Of a stretch of DNA of 32,000 bases, positions 19,426-28,156 are shown in pieces. The notes below the pieces were generated by a model that was not told the origin of the DNA, did not search any database, and was given only the letters and a program-made list of their open reading frames with translations. A program made the position numbers and the translations under genes. Position 1 is the stretch's first letter; every line of letters starts with the position of its first letter. Origin of the DNA: Candidatus Saccharimonadota bacterium (GTDB lineage Bacteria > Patescibacteriota > Saccharimonadia > Saccharimonadales > UBA4665). The stretch lies in contig CP065016.1 of the NCBI GenBank assembly GCA_016700375.1, positions 630,001-662,000 of the forward strand, written 5' to 3'.

Positions 19426-22359
19426 CTATTCGTCTTCAGTTGGATTTTTCATATGAATCGTGCCGTCACTATCTATCACTATGGTGTCTTCACCCGGCTG
19501 AGCCACCTCACTTTGACTTTTTGGTTGTGGGCTATTCGAAATCTCTAGAGATTTCGGTGGAGCCTGTACGTCAAGATTTCCCTCGGGCGCCTTTAGCCCC
19601 TTCTTCAGCTCTGCTGCGATATCTTTTACTTCCTGCTGGTCGAGTTCTGCGCTCGAGACATTACCGGACTCATAGCTCCCTTGTGGAGTCGTGCTATCAG
19701 TATTTTGCGAAGCCGCGGGCATTGCGGGGCTGTCGGTAACAGGATTTGCTGCTGCTTGAGGCTGGATCTGAGTTTCTACCGGAGCATTCGGCTGTGGAGT
19801 AACTGTGGGCCGTGGTGTCGCTGGCACACTTTTCTGTTTCGCAAGCCATTCATCTAGAAATGACCCTGAGCCAGCCGATGGAGAGCCCATGACAGGAGCT
19901 GGGGGTGCAGATACGCTTGCTGGGGCTCCACCGCCCGGTGCCGGAGCCGAACCAGCAAATGGGTTGGCAAATGGCTTTGGTTCAGGAGTCTTTGTTGCTA
20001 AACGTTCAAATATCTCTTTCTCGACCACAGCCCTTGGTTTGCCATACTTCGCAGCGGATAGCTGCTTGAGCGCATCAGCAAGCCCCGGATTTGGGTTGCC
20101 TAGAGGTGGAAGCGTCGCCATACTGAAAGATTGTGTCGGAACACCATTTATGAGGGTGCGGACAATAGTGTTTGCGTTTGGAACACGGAGCAAGTCGTCT
20201 CCGTCAAACTGGGGCTGAAAATAGCGACTGAGGCTTTCCACATCATTCTGGCCAATACGAAAAGATACAATTGTACCGATGTTGCCAAACACGGCATCAC
20301 GGATTTCCTCCGTTAGCTGGGTTGTAAACTGGTTTGCCACAATGAGGTTCAGGTGGTATTTGCGCGCTTCACTCATGATAGTCGCAAAGCTATCGGTAGA
20401 GAAGTTCTGAAACTCATCTACATACAGTGCAAAGTCGTTTCGTTCGCTTTCTGGGACATTTGAGCGACTCATGGCGGCGGCCTGGAACTTCATAACGAAC
20501 ACCATACCCAGGAGCTTGCTATTTAGCTCACCCGTCCTACCCTTACTCAGGTTAACAAGCAGTATTTTTTTGTTATCCATAATATCGCGCAGATCAAATG
20601 AGCTTTTTGTTTGACCTATAATATTGCGCATCATTTCATTACTAAGGAACGCTCCAAACTTGCTTACAAACCAACTCACGACCTCACCGAAATCATTACT
20701 GCGCTGACTCTGGGGCATTTCTTTCTCCCAGAACTCAATTACATTCGGGTCTTTCACATACGGTAGCTTCTGTTTAACATACTGTGGGTCACGAAATAGC
20801 TTCGGGATATCTACAAATGTACTCCCCGCAGGGTCAGCCATAACTGTTAGAGCGGCATTGCGAAACAAGCTTTCATAGCGCGGGCCCATAATACCCTGGT
20901 GCTGTGGGTCATACAGCTTGTAGAGCATGTTTAGGACTTCCTGAATAATAAAGTCCTTCTGGTCTGGTGTATGGAATTCGAATAAGTTCAGCCCCATAGG
21001 GTATGCCATGTCGGACGGGCAAAAATAGATAACGTCTTCGGTACGCTCTTTTGGCACCATCGCTAGTAGTTTTTCTGCCGTATCACCGTGTGGGTCAACA
21101 AACGCAAAGCCGTCACCGCGCAACATATCTTGTAGGGCTAGGTTCTCAAGAAACGTTGATTTACCTGTACCGGTCTGCCCAACTACATACATATGACGCT
21201 GTCTATCTGTCAGCCCAATTCGAACCGGTTTCTTGACGCCACGAAATACATTAAAGCCGAGCAGTAAGCCTTCATTCGGCATGTTTCGAGGACCGTCTAC
21301 CTGCTTCGATTCTTGCCGCTCAAGTTGTGAGGTCGGAATGCTACGCTGATCAGGAAAGTGGAATATTGTAGCAAGCTCAACCGAATTCAATATGTTCTTT
21401 TTCTTATGCTGCGGAAATGCCCTGAGAAGAAAATTCGTTACTAATTCTGAGGGGTCAGTTGCCGAATGATACTCAAACCCATTCCGTCCGGGGGAATCAA
21501 AAAGAGAGAAACTCGCTACTATATTATTTACAATTCCTTGAGAGCGTTGCGAGACGTTTGATGACGCTATTACCCGTATTGCAACCTCAAAGCCCGGGTG
21601 ACGAGTTTTATCTTCTATAGCGTCTATAACAGATTGCTCGAGCGAAGATATTTCTTTTGGCTTATCCTTTTCTTCTTTTGGCTCGGGAGGCTTTACAAAT
21701 GCGGTTACCAAATCTTTGGCTAATGCACCGGCTGACAAACCTTTGTCTGTGCCTTTCTTTTTTGCGGATGCAAAATCGGTCGCTGTTTTTCGCCACGAAG
21801 TATCTGCGGGACGAAATAGGAGCTGTATAGCCGCACCATCCTCATTTTCCATAGTAGAGAGAGCGTTCAATATTGACTGGAAGGCGTCACGCTTCAAATC
21901 TTGGTAGGTCGCAATAGGATACGCGAACTTTTCTTTTAAGTTAAACTGCCCACCTATAACCGCGTTCATACCACCCACTTGACTAAAAATATTATACTCA
22001 GGAACCATTTCAAGGCGAGCCGCAGGGTATGCGCTCACGATAGCTTGCTGCACAACATTTATGTAGTCTGCGGGCACCGCAACGTATAATCGAACGAACC
22101 CTTTTAGTCCGACGATTTCGAACGAAAAATGACGTTGGCCATGAAAGCGATTTTTAAAACTTTGCTCAATTGTGCTCGCAATAATGTTGTAAATAATTTG
22201 TGCTTTAGAAATATTTTCATCAACTAGGTCTCGAACATCTCGACCATTTACCTCTGTATCTTCGCTTGCTGGAGGCAAGTGTATAAGCATCGGGACCATA
22301 GAAAGTCCACGCTCGTATTTCAACTTTTTTGCGTTAATTCTTTGTAGACTTAATAACAT
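19426..22359 (-). CDS. VirD4/TraD-like type IV secretion coupling-protein family ATPase with long disordered C-terminal tail
   Basis: 977 aa. It has Walker A VVGQTGTGKST, FVDPHGD, and Walker B-like ALYVDEFQNF. The roughly 370-aa N-terminal part has no obvious TM helix. The last roughly 200 aa are P/A/S/Q-rich. Confidence 0.8.
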   Translation of the reverse strand: MLLSLQRINAKKLKYERGLSMVPMLIHLPPASEDTEVNGRDVRDLVDENISKAQIIYNIIASTIEQSFKNRFHGQRHFSFEIVGLKGFVRLYVAVPADYINVVQQAIVSAYPAARLEMVPEYNIFSQVGGMNAVIGGQFNLKEKFAYPIATYQDLKRDAFQSILNALSTMENEDGAAIQLLFRPADTSWRKTATDFASAKKKGTDKGLSAGALAKDLVTAFVKPPEPKEEKDKPKEISSLEQSVIDAIEDKTRHPGFEVAIRVIASSNVSQRSQGIVNNIVASFSLFDSPGRNGFEYHSATDPSELVTNFLLRAFPQHKKKNILNSVELATIFHFPDQRSIPTSQLERQESKQVDGPRNMPNEGLLLGFNVFRGVKKPVRIGLTDRQRHMYVVGQTGTGKSTFLENLALQDMLRGDGFAFVDPHGDTAEKLLAMVPKERTEDVIYFCPSDMAYPMGLNLFEFHTPDQKDFIIQEVLNMLYKLYDPQHQGIMGPRYESLFRNAALTVMADPAGSTFVDIPKLFRDPQYVKQKLPYVKDPNVIEFWEKEMPQSQRSNDFGEVVSWFVSKFGAFLSNEMMRNIIGQTKSSFDLRDIMDNKKILLVNLSKGRTGELNSKLLGMVFVMKFQAAAMSRSNVPESERNDFALYVDEFQNFSTDSFATIMSEARKYHLNLIVANQFTTQLTEEIRDAVFGNIGTIVSFRIGQNDVESLSRYFQPQFDGDDLLRVPNANTIVRTLINGVPTQSFSMATLPPLGNPNPGLADALKQLSAAKYGKPRAVVEKEIFERLATKTPEPKPFANPFAGSAPAPGGGAPASVSAPPAPVMGSPSAGSGSFLDEWLAKQKSVPATPRPTVTPQPNAPVETQIQPQAAANPVTDSPAMPAASQNTDSTTPQGSYESGNVSSAELDQQEVKDIAAELKKGLKAPEGNLDVQAPPKSLEISNSPQPKSQSEVAQPGEDTIVIDSDGTIHMKNPTEDE

Positions 22360-22405
22360 CGTTATTGTTTTCCTTGCTCACATATAATCCAGAAAATCCC
22401 CATAA

Positions 22406-22669
22406 CTACTGTGAACCGTCCTTCACTTCGACTCCATGGGCTGCCCGTAAAAATGCACTCTTAATTGAATGAATCTGCTGTGCACGTTCATATGGGTTTG
22501 ATGCCGTCTGGAGAGCAATACTGTCTATTTGTTCAGCAGCGCGTTCAAGTAGTATTTTCGGGTCAACTGCCTGTGACATACTAGCAGCACCCGACTCAAC
22601 CGGTTGAGCTTGCGAGGGCGAGGGCACATTCGAAACCTGTGGTGCCATGGGCTGTGGCAATTCGTTCAT
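22406..22669 (-). CDS. hypothetical protein
   Basis: 87-aa ORF, co-directional and tightly spaced between the membrane protein gene and the ATPase gene. No family was recognised. Confidence 0.5.
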   Translation of the reverse strand: MNELPQPMAPQVSNVPSPSQAQPVESGAASMSQAVDPKILLERAAEQIDSIALQTASNPYERAQQIHSIKSAFLRAAHGVEVKDGSQ

Positions 22670-22720
22670 TATTTCTAGTATATACCGTTAGCGGCTACCA
22701 ATGATAGTACCTCTTACCTT

Positions 22721-23074
22721 TTATGTTTCCCTGGTTGAGCGCACCATATAAAAATAAGCGACCGCGCCAAAAAGCACTATAACTAAGAAGTCCTTAGGGG
22801 TCAGTTCTCCCAGAGACTCTAGTCCAAGCGCAAACACTAGAACTGCGCTTACGATTGCTCCGAGCAGGTTTACCCGTCTGGCATCGTACTTGCCTTGTTT
22901 ATTCTTGTAGTATAACCCTGCCATTGCCCGCCAAGACATAAACAAAGCAAGGCCACTCACAACAAACGGAACAATGAGTACAGAAACAGGTAGCGTATAC
23001 GGCCTCGTCAAGCTCATAAAGGCAAGGAGAATTAGCCATAAAATCCCAGCATGTATAAATTCCATCTGTTTCAT
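22721..23074 (-). CDS. hypothetical integral membrane protein
   Basis: 117 aa with 3-4 hydrophobic helices. AGGA lies 5 nt upstream of the ATG. Confidence 0.6.
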   Translation of the reverse strand: MKQMEFIHAGILWLILLAFMSLTRPYTLPVSVLIVPFVVSGLALFMSWRAMAGLYYKNKQGKYDARRVNLLGAIVSAVLVFALGLESLGELTPKDFLVIVLFGAVAYFYMVRSTRET

Positions 23075-23115
23075 GTAATCCTAGATTAACACGAGTTTCG
23101 CACTTTGAGGTCATG

Positions 23116-23190
23116 TGCATTTTCTCCTCGAAGCACAGAAGGAGCCGTACTGAGGTACGGCGAGTGAGTACTGGAGAGGAAAAATGTGCA
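23116..23190. repeat. bipartite hairpin motif, copy B (related to 3708-3780)
   Basis: Outer stem TGCATTTT pairs with AAAA(tg)TGCA. Inner stem GCCGTAC (23144-23150) pairs with GTACGGC (23155-23161). The internal loops share motifs with copy A. Confidence 0.5.
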
Positions 23191-23495
23191 GGAGCCGAAG
23201 AAGCCAGCGGTGCGGCCAGCTTCGCTGGACGGCAGGCTGGCTGGTGCGAAACTTGTGATTAATTAAAACACGCCTTAGGCATATTACCTAGGCGTTGAAT
23301 TTACATAGGTCGAAAGGCGATAAATCCGCTCAATATAAATTAATGTATAGCGCTTATCGCCTTCGACTGACTGACCGCTCTTGTCGCCTTTAGGGCAACT
23401 CGAGCGACTATTGTTTGTTGTTTTTGTTTTGGCTTAGCCAAGTTCAATACTACTACATCATGCTTGATTTGTCAATACGCTTTTGCTCGTCCTGA

Positions 23496-24538
23496 TATAC
23501 TAAGCCCCAATCCCTCCGACACCTCGGTGTGTAGAATTGGGGCATATGTGTATGAAGAAGAACCTAACCCGACATCAAGTTATTGCCTATCGTAAACGAG
23601 TGTTAACTGAAGCCGATGCGAAAGGCGCGGCAATCGCTGCCCGAATGTTTGGGATCCATCGGGATACTATCTATGCTTGGCGGATCGAACTGTTCCCGCA
23701 GAAGCCTGGACCAAAAGGCAGGGTATCCTGGCAGACGAATGAAGACATTGAGGATTTGGTGCTACAAATCAGGCTGGGACTATCCTATGGCCCGAAGCGA
23801 ATCGTCGATGAGATGAGTGACTCTGGAATATCCATTGGCGAGAAAGCTGTCCGCGGCATTATTGAACGAGCCGACCTCGTAAAGCACCAGAAACATCCAA
23901 AGAAAAAGCCAACGAGACCGTTCTACGCGCCCTATCCAGGCTACCGAGTGCAGATTGACACTAAGGCTGCACCGGTTCGTCCGGACGAAGATAAACGACG
24001 GAGTCGGAGACAGCAGTTTACAGCGATAGACATTGTCAGCAAGATCCGGTACCTGGCGGTCAAGGATGGCTTGTCGAATAGCAACTCAATCGCCTTTGTG
24101 CGTGAAGCCCTGGCGTTCTACGAATCGATTGGTATTACGGTGGAATGTGTCCAGACAGATAACCACTCCACGTTCACCAATTTGTCTACTGGCGGTAACA
24201 AAAAGCGTGACCATGAGCTCAGACGTATCCACCCGTTCACGCAGTACCTGCTCGACCGGGGCATCGAGCACAAGCTATCCCGACCGGGTACACCCCAACA
24301 TAATGGTTTTGTCGAGCGGAGCCATCGGACAGACGAAGAAGAGTTTTACCACGTCACCAAAACGACCGAGCTTGATGTCGTCGCGTTCAACGAAGCAATG
24401 AAACTATGGCAGAACGAATACAATCGCGTGAGACGGCATAGCAGCTGCAATAACCTGCCGCCAATGGAGCACTATGAAGCGGTATGGAAAGGAACAGTAA
24501 CTCATGTCTAAGTGTCTGGACAATTGGGGCTTAGTACA
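23496..24538 (+). mobile_element. IS481-family insertion sequence, intact (1043 bp)
   Basis: Terminal inverted repeats are TATACTAAGCCCCAAT (23496-23511) and its complement TGTACTAAGCCCCAAT (24538-24523). A 6-bp direct duplication TCCTGA sits at 23490-23495 and 24539-24544. There is a single DDE transposase ORF. Confidence 0.9.
23537..24511 (+). CDS. IS481-family transposase (HTH + rve/DDE integrase core)
   Basis: The N-terminal HTH is AARMFGIHRDTIYAWR. The DDE residues lie in VQIDTK, VQTDNHSTF and NGFVERSHRT. The likely real start is the ATG at 23546 or 23552 (MKKNLTRHQ) rather than the TTG at 23537. Confidence 0.9.
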   Translation: MGHMCMKKNLTRHQVIAYRKRVLTEADAKGAAIAARMFGIHRDTIYAWRIELFPQKPGPKGRVSWQTNEDIEDLVLQIRLGLSYGPKRIVDEMSDSGISIGEKAVRGIIERADLVKHQKHPKKKPTRPFYAPYPGYRVQIDTKAAPVRPDEDKRRSRRQQFTAIDIVSKIRYLAVKDGLSNSNSIAFVREALAFYESIGITVECVQTDNHSTFTNLSTGGNKKRDHELRRIHPFTQYLLDRGIEHKLSRPGTPQHNGFVERSHRTDEEEFYHVTKTTELDVVAFNEAMKLWQNEYNRVRRHSSCNNLPPMEHYEAVWKGTVTHV

Positions 24539-24615
24539 TCCTGACTTTTGCTCGTCCTGAATAAGTCAAACAGAATTGTTATTCCTGGCCGCACAAAAGC
24601 ATAGGCATTTTGTTA

Positions 24616-24644
24616 TTGACAAGCATAAAATAGCCAGCTACTAT
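24616..24644 (+). promoter_or_regulatory. strong sigma70-type promoter with no ORF behind it
   Basis: TTGACA (24616-24621), 17 nt, TACTAT (24639-24644). Confidence 0.6.
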
Positions 24645-24767
24645 AGGGGTAGCACTGAATAAAAAAAGTGCTCAAAAACAAAAACGACTAAAAAACGACG
24701 GCCTCTCGCAAGCCGTCGTTTATAAAGAAAAACGAAACCCAAACACAGAGAAAAATTTATATTGTTA

Positions 24768-24806
24768 CGCAACCCATCCTCCTACAGATGGGTTGCGTTC
24801 TTTTTG
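24768..24806 (+). terminator. intrinsic terminator upstream of comM
   Basis: CGCAACCCATC-ctcctaca-GATGGGTTGCG followed by TTCTTTTTG. Confidence 0.75.
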
Positions 24807-24836
24807 TAGAGTTGTATAATCCAAACCTAACGAAGT

Positions 24837-26372
24837 ATGAAATCTCAGCCTATCCACGGGGTGGTGGAAAACGGTCAGCACGGGTTGGTCGTAGATATAG
24901 AGTGCCAGCTGACAAAGGGGTTGCCTGCCATTGTCATTGTAGGGTACGCCACAAAGGCCGTCGACGAGGCAAAGGAACGTATTCGAAATGCCTTTGCCAG
25001 TTCAAAACTAGAACTCCCTATTAAACGAATTACGGTAAACCTAGCGCCGGCGGATATCCCAAAAGAAAGCACCGGCTTCGACCTGGCTATCGCAGTAGCC
25101 ATACTACGTGCGTCTGGCCAATGCCGAGAGATTCCCATGAGTAGCGCCATCATCGGCGAGCTTGGCCTGGAAGGCTCGGTCCGTCCGGTCCGCGGAATCA
25201 TCGGTAAGGTACTTGCAGGCAAACACCACGGCATAGATACATTCATTATTCCTGAGGAAAATGTTGCCCAGGCTCGTTTGGTACCAAACGTTCGTCTCAT
25301 TAGCGTGTCTACGCTAACAGAGCTATATGATTACGTAAATGGACACAAGACACCGACTATCCTGAAAACGTCAGATGAGCAGTTCGCATCCGCACAACCC
25401 ATAGAGGCCGGTGAAGACCTCATCTGTCTTGAAGATGTTGTCGGCCAAATGCTTGGCAAGCGAGCGGTCGAAATCAGCGCCGCCGGCGGACACAATGTCT
25501 TACTCGGCGGCCCTCCCGGCACAGGTAAAAGCATGCTCGCAAAAATACTGCCAAGCCTACTGCCCGCCATGTCCCGCGACGAAATGCTAGAAGTAACCCA
25601 CCTACACAGCCTTGCGAGCAATGATTTCAATCGGCTCGTAACCACAAGGCCATTCCGCTCGCCGCACCACAGCGCTAGCAATGTCGCTGTCGTCGGAGGC
25701 GGCAACACAGTCCGGCCCGGCGAAATGAGCCTGGCACACCGCGGTGTCTTGCTGTTCGATGAGCTCCCAGAGTTCGGGCGCGTGACCGTGGAGGCACTCC
25801 GTCAGCCGCTTGAAACTCGCACCGTTACCATCGCCCGCGCTAAAGGAACCGCTGAATACCCAGCGCACTTCATTTTCATAGCCACAGCAAACCCCTGCCC
25901 TTGTGGCCATTATGGCACTAGCAAGCCCTGCCGCTGTCTGCCACACCAAATTGTGCAGTACAGACGGAAGCTTTCTGGCCCCATTCTTGACCGTATCGAC
26001 ATCTACGTAGACGTTCATGAAATCGACAACAGTCACTTGCTCCGCGAAGGCCGCTCGGACGGGCCTTCCTCAGAATCAATCCGCAAAAAAGTGACTGCAG
26101 CCCGGGCTCGCCAAGCAGCCCGCTTCGGTTCATGTGCGAAATTGAATGCCGACATGACTAACCGAGAGGTAAAAGCACTTGCACAACTAGAACCGGCTGC
26201 TAAAGATATGCTCGACACGGCAGCGGAAAAGTTTGGCTTGAGCGCCCGTGCCTACATGCGCTGCGTCAAACTTGCCCGCACCATTGCCGACCTCGATAGC
26301 TCAGACGCCATCCAGCCAAAACACATTGCGGAAGCCCTTCAGTACCGTCCCCACCAGTTCCACGACAATTAA
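24837..26372 (+). CDS. comM: YifB/ComM family Mg-chelatase-like AAA+ ATPase
   Basis: 511 aa. It has an N-terminal Lon-protease-like domain (VVDIECQLTKGLPAIVIVG), Walker A GPPGTGKSM, Walker B VLLFDELPEF, a C4 cluster (CPCGHYGTSKPCRC), and a C-terminal Mg-chelatase subunit ChlI-like domain. Confidence 0.95.
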   Translation: MKSQPIHGVVENGQHGLVVDIECQLTKGLPAIVIVGYATKAVDEAKERIRNAFASSKLELPIKRITVNLAPADIPKESTGFDLAIAVAILRASGQCREIPMSSAIIGELGLEGSVRPVRGIIGKVLAGKHHGIDTFIIPEENVAQARLVPNVRLISVSTLTELYDYVNGHKTPTILKTSDEQFASAQPIEAGEDLICLEDVVGQMLGKRAVEISAAGGHNVLLGGPPGTGKSMLAKILPSLLPAMSRDEMLEVTHLHSLASNDFNRLVTTRPFRSPHHSASNVAVVGGGNTVRPGEMSLAHRGVLLFDELPEFGRVTVEALRQPLETRTVTIARAKGTAEYPAHFIFIATANPCPCGHYGTSKPCRCLPHQIVQYRRKLSGPILDRIDIYVDVHEIDNSHLLREGRSDGPSSESIRKKVTAARARQAARFGSCAKLNADMTNREVKALAQLEPAAKDMLDTAAEKFGLSARAYMRCVKLARTIADLDSSDAIQPKHIAEALQYRPHQFHDN

Positions 26373-26455
26373 TCAGCGGCCAAAAGAAGCCGTTTGACCT
26401 CTGTGACTTAATCTGTTACACTTCCAAGCACGAAAGTAACCAAGGAGAAGTCGAA

Positions 26456-27022
26456 ATCAGCACGAGTACGCGCCTGAATGGACAAATTCGGGCACCAGAA
26501 GTACGGGTCATCGATGCGGATGGCAAACAGCTCGGAGTCATGAGCTCACGCGAAGCGTATATGCTCGCGCAAGAGCAGGAACTCGACTTAGTCGAGATTT
26601 CACCGGGGGCCAACCCACCTGTCTGCAAAATCGTCGACTGGGGTAAGTTTAACTACCAGAAGACAAAACAGGCACAGAAAAATCGCCTAAACAACAAGGT
26701 TCTTGACATGAAGCAAATGCGCTTCGGCCTCAAGATTGGTGACCACGACCTCGCAGTCAAAATGAAGAAAGTAACTGGCTTCCTCGAAGCCGGCCATAAG
26801 GTGAAAATCACTCTTTTCTTCCGCGGACGCGAACTCGCGCACAAAGATATTGGCTTCAAACTTGCCGACCGGGTAATTGCAAGTTTTGGCGACAGTATAG
26901 CTGTTGACCAAAATCCGCAACTCACTGGCAAACAACTTTCGTTTGTTATCAGAGGCGTCGCCGTAAAAACTCCCAAACCGGAGCCAGCAGCAGCATCACC
27001 TGATACGGTTTTATCAATTTAA
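26456..27022 (+). CDS. infC: translation initiation factor IF-3, probable non-AUG start
   Basis: The ORF track starts at the internal Met (26540). The frame is open upstream and encodes the conserved IF-3 N-terminus ...RLNGQIRAPEVRVIDADGKQLGV. AAGGAG (26442-26447) lies 8 nt before the ATC at 26456. The exact start is uncertain. Confidence 0.85.
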   Translation: MSTSTRLNGQIRAPEVRVIDADGKQLGVMSSREAYMLAQEQELDLVEISPGANPPVCKIVDWGKFNYQKTKQAQKNRLNNKVLDMKQMRFGLKIGDHDLAVKMKKVTGFLEAGHKVKITLFFRGRELAHKDIGFKLADRVIASFGDSIAVDQNPQLTGKQLSFVIRGVAVKTPKPEPAAASPDTVLSI

Positions 27023-27046
27023 ACGAGTCATTGACAAGGAGATACC

Positions 27047-27241
27047 ATGCCAAAACTCAAGTCTCATAGCGGCACCAGAGACCGCGTACGAGTCACTAAG
27101 AACGGTCGTGTTCGCACCCGTCACTCACACGCTAGCCACTTCCTACAGAAGAAAAGCGGCGCTCGCAAGCGCAAGCTGGCTGGTTTGGAGACAATGAACG
27201 CTACCAACACTAAAATAATCCGTAAGCAGTTGGGGGTCTAG
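27047..27241 (+). CDS. rpmI: 50S ribosomal protein L35
   Basis: 64 aa, [22 protein letters not shown]..., preceded by an AAGGAG RBS. Confidence 0.95.
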   Translation: MPKLKSHSGTRDRVRVTKNGRVRTRHSHASHFLQKKSGARKRKLAGLETMNATNTKIIRKQLGV

Positions 27242-27245
27242 CGTC

Positions 27246-27596
27246 ATGCGAGTAAAACGAGGTGTCACCACCAGAGCAAAACACAATAAAATCCGTTCGG
27301 CAGCAAAAGGCTTTAGCCATCCGAACCAAGTTAGTATAAAGCGAGCCAAGCAAGCCACTACCCGAGCACTGCAGTTTGCCTACCGCGACCGCCGCAACCG
27401 CAAGCGCACCTTCCGCGCCCTGTGGAACACGCGCATAAATGCAGCTGCCCGTCTAAACGGCACAACCTACAGTCGCCTTATTGCTGGCCTAAAAACCGCC
27501 GGCGTCGAACTAGACCGGAAGGTCTTGGCCGAACTAGCTGTCAACGAGCCAAAAGCCTTTGAAGCAGTCGTAAAAGCCGCCAAACTCGAGAAATAG
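27246..27596 (+). CDS. rplT: 50S ribosomal protein L20
   Basis: 116 aa, [16 protein letters not shown]...[26 protein letters not shown]. It is the third gene of the conserved infC-rpmI-rplT order. Confidence 0.97.
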   Translation: MRVKRGVTTRAKHNKIRSAAKGFSHPNQVSIKRAKQATTRALQFAYRDRRNRKRTFRALWNTRINAAARLNGTTYSRLIAGLKTAGVELDRKVLAELAVNEPKAFEAVVKAAKLEK

Positions 27597-27612
27597 AACT
27601 CTCGCCGAAAAT

Positions 27613-27642
27613 GAAAACACCCCTAAAACTAGGGGTGTTTTC
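27613..27642 (+). terminator. terminator hairpin after rplT
   Basis: GAAAACACCCCT-aaaact-AGGGGTGTTTTC. Confidence 0.7.
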
Positions 27643-27714
27643 ATGTCCAGTCAAACAATCATACCTTGAATTGGCATTTCGGTTTCATTCCGACTAGGAA
27701 TAAGTCTATCAAAA

Positions 27715-27723
27715 TGCTATAAT
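27715..27723 (+). promoter_or_regulatory. extended -10 promoter for RNase P RNA
   Basis: TGcTATAAT ends 7 nt before the predicted rnpB 5' end. Confidence 0.55.
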
Positions 27724-27730
27724 TACCCCT

Positions 27731-28115
27731 GTTAGATTACCAGCTAATCGCTAGTCCTTTCATAGATTAGAGGAAAGTCCGGGCAGCATAGGGAGTGACA
27801 GCCGCTAACGGCGGCCGGGGGCGACCCTAGGGAAAGTGCCACAGAAACGAAACAGCCAGCTTGCTGGTTACGATGAAACGAGTGTCCGCCGTAAGGTGGA
27901 TGGGAATTCTGGCGAACTTGTTCGCGTTAAGTCCCACGGTAAGAGCGCACAACACCCTATGGTGACATAGGGAGTAGGTAAACCCTGTCTGCTGCAAGGA
28001 GTGAGCTATACACGTTCCCGCGATGCTCACGTTTGACCCCGCTCGAGCCTGCGAGCAATTGCAGGCCTAGATAGATGATTAGCCTCGACAGAACCCGGCT
28101 TACAAGTAACCTAAC
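27731..28115 (+). ncRNA. rnpB: RNase P RNA, bacterial type A
   Basis: It has the universal GAGGAAAGTCCGGGC (27770-27784), GGTAAGAGCGCAC, and ACAGAACCCGGCTTA near the 3' end. P1 is formed by GTTAGATTAC (27731-27740) with GTAACCTAAC (28106-28115). Confidence 0.9.
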
Positions 28116-28122
28116 ATAATAT

Positions 28123-28153
28123 GAAAATACGTTCGTTCTCCGAGCGTATTTTC
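28123..28153. terminator. bidirectional terminator between rnpB and the convergent CDS
   Basis: GAAAATACG (28123-28131) pairs with CGTATTTTC (28145-28153), with T-rich flanks. Confidence 0.65.
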
Positions 28154-28156
28154 TAT

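Noticed and set aside
24875-26218. Minus-strand ORFs 24875..25300, 25331..25708, 25602..26036, 25918..26133 and 26033..26218.
   Set aside because: They are antisense to comM, which has complete AAA+ and Mg-chelatase motifs.
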